Shown here piece after piece: positions 56,882 to 64,000 of a stretch of DNA of 64,000 nucleotides. The notes below the pieces were generated by a model. It was not told where the DNA came from and searched no databases. It saw only the letters and a list, made by a program, of their open reading frames with translations. The DNA comes from Histomonas meleagridis 2922-C6/04-290x (lineage: Eukaryota > Protista > Parabasalia): the NCBI GenBank assembly GCA_020184695.1, contig JAANOX010000267.1:1-64000 (forward strand), given 5' to 3'. Position 1 is the first letter of the stretch. Each line of letters begins with the position of its first letter. Made by a program: the position numbers and the translations under genes.

Positions 56882-58147
56882 ATGGAAGAAATCGAAGGAG
56901 AGCAAAATGGAAAGGAGCCAGAAGAGATCCAAATAGGTTTTATGCCTTCTAGTCCCGAGATGGTTATTCCACAAATTCATAGCCTTTCAACAATCAGTCG
57001 AACGATTGGTTTTGAATCTTTAATCAATTGTACAAATAATGGACTAACACCCGAATTGCAAGCTCTCCTAGATCAAGGGGTATTTCCATTGGTTATATCA
57101 CAAATGTGCACTGAGAATCAAAAAATTATTGGTGTAATTTGTACTGCTGCTAGAAGGCTTAGTGCAATTGCTCCACAACAATTTGATGCACTTATTGAAA
57201 GAATTCCTTTCCAATATCTTTTATCAATACAAAAAAATCCAGAAGTGATTGATTTTCTCCAACAAAGTGCAGAAAATTTCGATAAATTTGCATACGCTTT
57301 ACTATCTAATGGAGACCAACTTCTCGCAGCTGTTGGGCAATGGCTTCAAGATAGTGAAGATACTGCCAAACCAGCACTTGAACTTCTTTCCACATTATCA
57401 CAAATCCAAGGCGTTAACTTTGATTTTAATTGCATCAAGCCATTCATAGATGGACAATTTTCACCGGATATTCGATCACTTGCATTAAATATTCTTATTC
57501 AAGTTGATCCACAATCTATTGATCAATATCTTAATTTACTTCTGACTATCTTTCTTAATGATCCTCTAACGCCCACAGTTATCCAAGTATTACATGATGC
57601 ATATCTTCAATACATAGACAAATTCCAACCAGTTATTCCTCAAATATATGCACGATCACTCAGTGAAATTCAAATTCCTTTTACAGCTGTTCTTCTTGCA
57701 GATATATCAAATTCACTTGATCAACAATCCAAAGCTCAGATTATTACAGCTATTTTTGCTCAACCAGAACTGACAATTGAGCGTGCAGATGCTATTTTCC
57801 GTATCATTTCTAGCTCAAACATCACATTACCGGTGAATTTCATCGACCAATTATTATCTGAAATTGGCAAAAGTGACGACAGAGAATTGGATGATTGCAT
57901 TGAAGCAATTCTTTGCATTCACCACGAATACTTCTCAACTGAAGAAGGGCAAGCAAAGATATTCCAACTGTTTCAGAATCAGAATTCACAAATTTCGGCA
58001 TTCAAAATATGCTTGAATTGTTGCATGCAAAAACCAGTCCGACAGGAACTAATGCAATGCTTTGTTGGATTTGCACAACAGTTTGAAAGTGAATTTGATG
58101 AGGAAATGCATCAAACAGTTGCACAATTTCTTGCAAATCATAAATAA
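56882..58147 (+). CDS. ARM/HEAT-repeat-like helical protein
   Basis: Intact 421-aa Leu/Ile-rich ORF with ARM-like segments (LLDQGVFPLVISQM..VICTAARRLS). Confidence 0.6.
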   Translation: MEEIEGEQNGKEPEEIQIGFMPSSPEMVIPQIHSLSTISRTIGFESLINCTNNGLTPELQALLDQGVFPLVISQMCTENQKIIGVICTAARRLSAIAPQQFDALIERIPFQYLLSIQKNPEVIDFLQQSAENFDKFAYALLSNGDQLLAAVGQWLQDSEDTAKPALELLSTLSQIQGVNFDFNCIKPFIDGQFSPDIRSLALNILIQVDPQSIDQYLNLLLTIFLNDPLTPTVIQVLHDAYLQYIDKFQPVIPQIYARSLSEIQIPFTAVLLADISNSLDQQSKAQIITAIFAQPELTIERADAIFRIISSSNITLPVNFIDQLLSEIGKSDDRELDDCIEAILCIHHEYFSTEEGQAKIFQLFQNQNSQISAFKICLNCCMQKPVRQELMQCFVGFAQQFESEFDEEMHQTVAQFLANHK

Positions 58148-58605
58148 AATATTTATTAATGATGCTTAATTGTAATAAATGTAAATGAAAATGATTATCC
58201 AATTGTTTTACATGTGTTTTGAATCTATGCCTCCGTTTCATGAGAATATTCTCCAAATAAATTGTTCATATTGACGATAACATCAGTTCACTTTTTGTAT
58301 AAATCAACAAACGATCAAAACGCATTTAAATGAAATGATAAAAACTCGTTCTTTTTCTTATAACTCATTTAAGAAGTTTCAACATTTTTCTATTAAACTA
58401 TTTCTCTAGTAAATATCAATACAGCTTAGAGAAACTTTTCATTTTCTTGAAATGATTAAATTTAAACTCATTTCTTAATCTTAATAAAAGACGACAGCTA
58501 AATCTTGGATTAATCAATTGTAATTGATTGGTTAAGAAGTTTATCTTATGTGGAGAAAAGTTTTTAATACAATGAAAATTATAGTATCGTTTTTTACTTT
58601 GATAT

Positions 58606-58821
58606 TTATTGTCCTGTGCAGCACTTAAGTTGGTTTTCAATGAACACCAATCTTCGTTCAAGCTGTGTAAGTTTCTGGTTCAAATCTGCAAGACGTCCAC
58701 GGACATTTGAATGGAATGTATTTAAGAAACGAACTACTCTCATCATACCAAGGGAAATGTTTTGTGCAAATTCACGATTTTGGAAGTCTTTTTCGACTGC
58801 TGCTCTGATTGCTTCAGACAT
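58606..58821 (-). CDS. BRK1: BRICK1/HSPC300, SCAR/WAVE complex subunit
   Basis: DFQNREF..FLNTF..VRGRLADLNQKLTQLERRLVFIE matches the BRK1 consensus; 71 aa. Confidence 0.9.
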   Translation of the reverse strand: MSEAIRAAVEKDFQNREFAQNISLGMMRVVRFLNTFHSNVRGRLADLNQKLTQLERRLVFIENQLKCCTGQ

Positions 58822-59321
58822 TTGTCAAATATGATTTTCAAGGACTTAATTCTTTGTAACTTTTTCGCAAGTTTACAAAGAAAAGATACTTTTATAAAGT
58901 TTACAAATCAGAAAAGTGCGCAGGATACAGTCTTTATTTGAGCCAGTAAATAGATATAAATTCATATAAACTTTTTTAAATTTTCTTTTTCAACTAATAC
59001 ATTTGGTTTTTTATTTTGGATAACGAAATCATTTTAAAATGATGGATAATCCATGTTAAATCTGACATTCGAACGAACATCTTTAAAAATCTAAATTTAA
59101 CTTTTTTTTTCTTCTTTACTATTCAATTGATTTTACCACTTTGCCCGATTTTACTATTTTTACTTTAATCAATTGATTAATCAATTAACCAAATTTTTAT
59201 TTTGTAGCTTTATGATTTTTATTAATCTTTATAGATGCAAGTATTTATCCTAAAAAAGGTTTTAAATAAGTAAATAAGGAATTATTAACATGCACTTTCA
59301 TTTAACGGCCTCCATCTAAGC

Positions 59322-59341
59322 AGCGGTTTTGTATGGCCTTT
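59322..59341 (+). promoter_or_regulatory. Trichomonad M3 (AGCGGTTT) + M5 (CCTTT) core promoter of RPL34
   Basis: M3 consensus DRCSGYTD at 59322-59329 and CCTTT at 59337-59341, 5 nt before the ATG. Confidence 0.7.
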
Positions 59342-59346
59342 TGAAG

Positions 59347-59721
59347 ATGGGTGATAACAGATACACACTTCGTCGTAGCAATCCATACCACACACTTCGC
59401 AACCGTGTTGTTCCGGTTCGTACTCCAGGAAATAGGCTTGTTGCTCACTACATTAAAAAGAGGGTGAAGGGAATGATCTGTGGTGAAACAGGAAAACCAC
59501 TTCCAGGTATCAAACACTTACCAACAAAGAAGCTTACCAGATTACCAAAGCACAAGCGCACAGTTTCTCGCCCATATGGTGGTGTTTACTGTGCATCTGT
59601 TGTTAAAGAAAGGATTATCAATGCCTTTATGGAAGAAGAAGCTAGAGCCGCAGCTGAAAGGAAAGCCGCTGCTGAAAAGAAGGCCGCTGCTGAAAATAAA
59701 GGCAAGAAAGGTGGCAAGTAA
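59347..59721 (+). CDS. RPL34: 60S ribosomal protein L34
   Basis: RYTLRRSNPYHT..RTPGNRLVAHY..CGETGKPLPGI..VSRPYGGVYC; true start MGDNR at 59347. Confidence 0.97.
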   Translation: MGDNRYTLRRSNPYHTLRNRVVPVRTPGNRLVAHYIKKRVKGMICGETGKPLPGIKHLPTKKLTRLPKHKRTVSRPYGGVYCASVVKERIINAFMEEEARAAAERKAAAEKKAAAENKGKKGGK

Positions 59722-60321
59722 ATACATTGGTATTCTTATCAATTTTTCATCAATATTTTTAGATCATATTTTTCAAATCATTTGGTTTCTAAGTTTAATA
59801 ACAAATGATTCTTCACACAAAAAATAATCAATTCTTCAAAGCAATTTAAAAATTATTTTTAAACATTAATAATTTCATGTCTTTTTAGATTTGTTTGTTT
59901 ATTTATAAATGAATTTTAAGTTTTTGAGTAAATCAAACGATTTTTTGGTTCACTCAATGAAGCATAATGCGCTAAATAGTTAATGAAACAACAAAAAAAA
60001 AATAATTAATTCAATATAATTATCTGAAATTTATTTTTATTCACTTTAATTGTTTTTCTTTATGCTAAACAATCAAAAGAAATGATCAGTCAACAAGAAT
60101 TGATAAAAATCAATTTTTAACCTCGATTGGAAACCCTAAAACTGTTTGTATAAGAAATAGTTTTAGTAAGGTATAAATTTGTAAGAATGTGAAGCAGAAA
60201 TTTTGGTATGACTATTTCAAAAAAAAAAAAATGGAAATATATTTTGGGGTGAAATATGATTGGCATAAGCTTTTCATCTAATATTATGGTGAATAAAGTG
60301 AATAAATTTTGTGAACAATAA

Positions 60322-60798
60322 TTAAAATAGATTATAATTGTTAAACAAAAAAACAAAAACGCATAAAGATATCACTAGGATGTAATGTGGATATGATGAC
60401 TTCCTTTGTTTGGGACTTCCAATTGGAACATCAGGGACATCAGGAATGATTAATGGGATTGTCTGTAACTCAATGTTTGAATGCAACTGTGGTGTAGGGT
60501 TAGTTGTTTTCCAAGCTGGTGGCTCATCATTTTGTTTTTGTGTATTGATATCTGTATTTTGATTATCATTGAATTCATCTGAAACATCTTCCTCTTCTTC
60601 CTCAAGGCTGATGTCTTTTGAAAGTTCTTGCATAGAATCGAAATAAAAAAGTTTATAATTTAAATCGTCGATTCCATCGTTTTTCTTATTTACCCATTCA
60701 TCAAGTTTGTCAACAGCTACATCTAAACTAGAAGCATTCATTTTGAACAGTCTGTTAATTCTATCTAAAGCACAATTTTCATCTTGTGCCTTTTCCAT
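60322..60798 (-). CDS. Hypothetical tail-anchored protein
   Basis: 158-aa ORF with an acidic middle and a C-terminal hydrophobic segment (YILVISLCVFVFLF). Confidence 0.6.
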   Translation of the reverse strand: MEKAQDENCALDRINRLFKMNASSLDVAVDKLDEWVNKKNDGIDDLNYKLFYFDSMQELSKDISLEEEEEDVSDEFNDNQNTDINTQKQNDEPPAWKTTNPTPQLHSNIELQTIPLIIPDVPDVPIGSPKQRKSSYPHYILVISLCVFVFLFNNYNLF

Positions 60799-61012
60799 TC
60801 CAGTAGACCCGCTAATTATTTAACCGTTAAAACGTTTTTTTCAGAACCGCCAAAAGTAACAATAGAAATCAACTTTTTGAAAGCATTACATTTATACAAC
60901 AAAAATTTTTCGATTCGAAGGAATGAACAATTCAAACAACACTTTCCTTCCAATTAATCGACTCCAATTCTTGTCAGACATCGAATATACTAAAAATCAA
61001 TAAATTACTTTT

Positions 61013-62266
61013 TTATTTCTGATGTTGCCTTAATACTTGAGAAGCGCAATGCACCCCACCGTACATTGATGTTATTGGGGAGAAGTCCAAGTAAGTGACC
61101 TTTCCATTGAATCCAACTTCATTCACTGCCTTTTCCACATCTTTGTTAATTGCCAATACCAAATTCTTTCCATACTTATCTCTCCCGAGGTGAAGCAAGT
61201 TAATGAAGTAGTCTTCTTGTTGTTTAAATGTTGCCTTTACGACTGTGAACTTTTCGTCCTTCAGCCACTTTCCAAAAGGAGCCGTTTTCTTTTCAATGTA
61301 ACCGTTTTCGGTTTTGACAAATTCGTGCGCAATTCGAATGTACTTAGGGTCGTCGTCAGCGATTGCGTCCACGCAAACGCATAGCTTGTCGTCCAGGACG
61401 TTGAAGAATGTATCGAGGTGCATACGTTGTTGGTCGCAATCAACCTTATCTTCAACAACAATAAAACGATCAGTTCCTAATAGATCTTCGCGCATTAATT
61501 GATTGGCTGCTTCCATGTTGGAACGAAGGCCAATGCCCATCATGGATGTATGCTTCCCAAGAATTATAAAATCACCTCCTTCAAGACGACCTGGATTAGA
61601 AATGCGTCCAACAGGATTCACACCAATTTGTGGCCAAACATACGCCATAAGATCGTTCTCAGGTGCGCGCTGGAAGGCACCAAACCTACCAATGACAACG
61701 CCTTTGGCTGTTGTGATTTGTTGATCTCGAGTAAATGTTAAATTTGCAAGTGGAGATAATGGGATATTTTGATATGTAAAGTGACCAGTCGGCTTATCAA
61801 CATCAATTGTGATTGAAGGGTGAAGTAGGATAAGATCAATGAGATCGTTTGCAGAGAGATTTGATAATGAATACTCAATGTAAGAACGTTGCTCTTTGTG
61901 CTTAAGCTCTTGAGGTTGACTACCAGGAGAAATACGGAAGTTGATTGTTGAGAAATCGACAAGAAATTGCCGAAGTTTAGATAATGGAACTTGAGATAAA
62001 ATTTCACGAACTGTCCATACTTTTGCACCACATATCTGATTCATAAGCTTCCTAAAGTTATCATGACATTGAGTGGCTTTGTTGAGATCAGGTGGATGTT
62101 CATAAAGAAAAGCATCAAGATGGAATGGGAAACCTGTTTCAATTGAAGGGCAATGAGTTATAATATCTGTTGGGCGATCAAACTCAGAGACCTGAACAAG
62201 ACTGCTTACTTTCTTAACGAGAGGAGTTTCTGAAAAACACCTGAATTTCCTCAAAGACGACAACAT
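61013..62266 (-). CDS. ADI: Arginine deiminase with hydrogenosomal-type presequence
   Basis: LTFTRDQQI, LEGGDF, MHLDT, GGVHCASQ; N-terminus MLSSLRKFRCF. Confidence 0.95.
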   Translation of the reverse strand: MLSSLRKFRCFSETPLVKKVSSLVQVSEFDRPTDIITHCPSIETGFPFHLDAFLYEHPPDLNKATQCHDNFRKLMNQICGAKVWTVREILSQVPLSKLRQFLVDFSTINFRISPGSQPQELKHKEQRSYIEYSLSNLSANDLIDLILLHPSITIDVDKPTGHFTYQNIPLSPLANLTFTRDQQITTAKGVVIGRFGAFQRAPENDLMAYVWPQIGVNPVGRISNPGRLEGGDFIILGKHTSMMGIGLRSNMEAANQLMREDLLGTDRFIVVEDKVDCDQQRMHLDTFFNVLDDKLCVCVDAIADDDPKYIRIAHEFVKTENGYIEKKTAPFGKWLKDEKFTVVKATFKQQEDYFINLLHLGRDKYGKNLVLAINKDVEKAVNEVGFNGKVTYLDFSPITSMYGGVHCASQVLRQHQK

Positions 62267-62690
62267 AAATGTAAATCGATGATTTCAGGGCACCCTAAAC
62301 GGAAATGATCAATAAAACAATTTACATTATAAACAAGTGTTTTGTTTTTTATTAAGAGAAAAATTTAAATGGAAGAGGAAAGTAAACTCATTCAAAACCA
62401 TAAAAAACAGTAATTCTTATTAATTTTTCAATAATAAGATCATATTAATCACAAACATTTTAAACTTTCACGTCGAAAGTTTTTATTAAAAATAAAATAG
62501 AGTAAATTTTTATGTGTGTAATTAGATTTTGCATTGAAATACATAATTTTATCTTTGCAGACAATCTGTGCTAAAGAATATCTTTTTGCCAAAATTTGAT
62601 AGTTTTACAATGATTTGATAAATTTATTTGTATCATTCAATTTCAATTACTCAGAATTTTGGAACCTCTTTTTCAACCACAAACGGAACA

Positions 62691-62728
62691 AACCGTTATG
62701 ACAAGAACCAAATTTTAATGACTTCACA
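62691..62728 (+). promoter_or_regulatory. M3-like (AACCGTTA) + Inr (TCACA) core promoter upstream of kptA
   Basis: M3 consensus at 62691-62698; Inr at 62724-62728, 3 nt before the ATG. Confidence 0.6.
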
Positions 62729-62731
62729 TTT

Positions 62732-63277
62732 ATGTTGAAGTCACATAGCGTTTTTCTTGCAAAACTACTACGCCATCAACCACAAATACTTGGTCTTTCT
62801 GTTGATAATCATGGATGGGTTGATGTTAATGAATTAATTCTTAAATCACAAAATAATCAAATAAAATTTACAAAAGAAATACTTGAAAAAATCGTACAAG
62901 AAGATGATAAAAAGAGGTACAAATTTAATGAGGACCATACAAAAATAAGAGCAAGTCAAGGTCATTCGTTTCATGTTGATTTGGAATTAGAACCAAAAAT
63001 ACCTCCTGAAATACTTTACCACGGAACAGCAACAAGATTTTTAAAGTCAATAATGAACGAAGGTTTGAGAAAAATGAGTCGAGAATATGTTCATCTTTCA
63101 TCTGATATTGAAACAGCTAGAAAAGTTGGTGCTAGACATGGAAAAATTGCTGTGCTAAGAATAGATTCTAAGACAATGACAGAAGATGGTTTTATATTCT
63201 TTCTTTCAGAAAATAATGTGTGGTTGACTGACTCAGTTCCAACAAAATACATCCAAGTTATTGAAGGTGATATTTAA
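62732..63277 (+). CDS. kptA: RNA 2'-phosphotransferase KptA/Tpt1, bacterial type
   Basis: LLRH, KKRY, IRASQGHS, LYHGT, MSREYVHLS, VGARHG, NNVWLTDSVP. Confidence 0.95.
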   Translation: MLKSHSVFLAKLLRHQPQILGLSVDNHGWVDVNELILKSQNNQIKFTKEILEKIVQEDDKKRYKFNEDHTKIRASQGHSFHVDLELEPKIPPEILYHGTATRFLKSIMNEGLRKMSREYVHLSSDIETARKVGARHGKIAVLRIDSKTMTEDGFIFFLSENNVWLTDSVPTKYIQVIEGDI

Positions 63278-63590
63278 CCTATTATGTTTAAAGATTTTGC
63301 AAAATCGAATAAAAATACATTTTTTAAGATTAATCATTTTTTAAACGATCTTAATTCTTATAAACTATCACCAATTTATATCTTTGTTTGTAGACTTGTA
63401 TCTCATACACACATTAAATATAAAATTTTTTCGCATTGAGATTATGATGATAATAAGGTGTCAATAAATTAACAATGTTTGTCTGACAGAAATCTTTATC
63501 TCTTTTTGGCAGATATTTGTGTGATTTTTTCATAAAGAAAACGTTCATAACCGTAATCGAACCGCTGAATGTAAAAATTTTTGAATTTTG

Positions 63591-64000
63591 ATGAAGAGAG
63601 TTGGGGATTATATTCTTAATGAAACGCTTGGGTCAGGGACCACGAGCAAAGTAAAGCTTGGACAAAATGTATATACAGAGCAAAAAGTTGCAATAAAAAT
63701 AATAAAAAAGTCAACAATTTTTTCTGATAAAGCTGTACTTCTTCCAAAATTACGTCGCGAAATATCAATAATGCGTATTCTCAATCACCCCAACATATTA
63801 CATCTCATCTGTGTTGAAGAAACTGATAAAAAGATATATTTAATTCAAGAATATGCATCAAATGGATCACTATTTGACTCCATATATAATCTTTCAATAC
63901 CACAGGCATTCAATTATTTTAGACAAATAATTTTTGGGCTAGAGTATTTACATCATCATGGGATTTGTCATCGTGATCTCAAACCAGAAAACATTCTCAT
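63591..64000 (+). CDS. CAMK-group (SNF1/BRSK-like) Ser/Thr kinase, 5' part; runs off the window and is absent from the ORF track
   Basis: MKRVGDYILNETLGSGTTSKVKL..VAIKII..RREISIMRILNHPNIL..CHRDLKPENIL. Confidence 0.93.
   Translation, partial: MKRVGDYILNETLGSGTTSKVKLGQNVYTEQKVAIKIIKKSTIFSDKAVLLPKLRREISIMRILNHPNILHLICVEETDKKIYLIQEYASNGSLFDSIYNLSIPQAFNYFRQIIFGLEYLHHHGICHRDLKPENIL

Noticed and set aside
1-64000. rRNA, tRNA or CRISPR loci
   Set aside because: No cloverleaf, rRNA-like conserved segment or repeat-spacer array was recognised by eye; a covariance-model scan would be needed to exclude small RNAs.

Overview
AT-rich eukaryotic genomic DNA from a parabasalid protist, probably Tritrichomonas- or Histomonas-like. 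This is inferred from Inr/M2/M3/M5-type core promoters, arginine deiminase with an ML- organellar presequence, BspA and ankyrin families, and Trichomonas-type Mavericks. 1-~9 kb is a damaged endogenous Maverick/Polinton-like virus truncated by the left edge. It has a protein-primed PolB that appears to be the C-terminus of one giant frameshifted ORF, a major capsid protein, two tandem amphipathic adenovirus-pVI-like peptides and a 93-bp hairpin. 10-31.7 kb holds host genes: metallophosphoesterase, UMP1/POMP, a bacterial-type fused 2-hydroxyacyl-CoA dehydratase activase, an ankyrin protein, a BEACH protein and ESS2. 32-46 kb is a transposon graveyard: a full-length mariner, hAT and pogo/DDE_1 remnants, a nested MITE, and a second Maverick remnant with integrase and packaging-ATPase fragments. 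46.8-64 kb is gene-dense host DNA: MAP65/Ase1, an MFS transporter, a pseudo-papain, a HECT-like gene, a CatSper-like channel, a LEM/SAP-like tail-anchored protein, BRK1, RPL34, arginine deiminase, KptA/Tpt1 and a CAMK kinase. The most unusual signal is a set of T-rich inserts at the same position of the ankyrin repeat at three separate loci. In the best-preserved gene, canonical GT-AG splicing cannot remove them in frame, so they are candidate non-canonical micro-introns. All homology calls come from motif recognition by eye; no searches were run. Many frameshifts fall in homopolymer runs and may be assembly errors.
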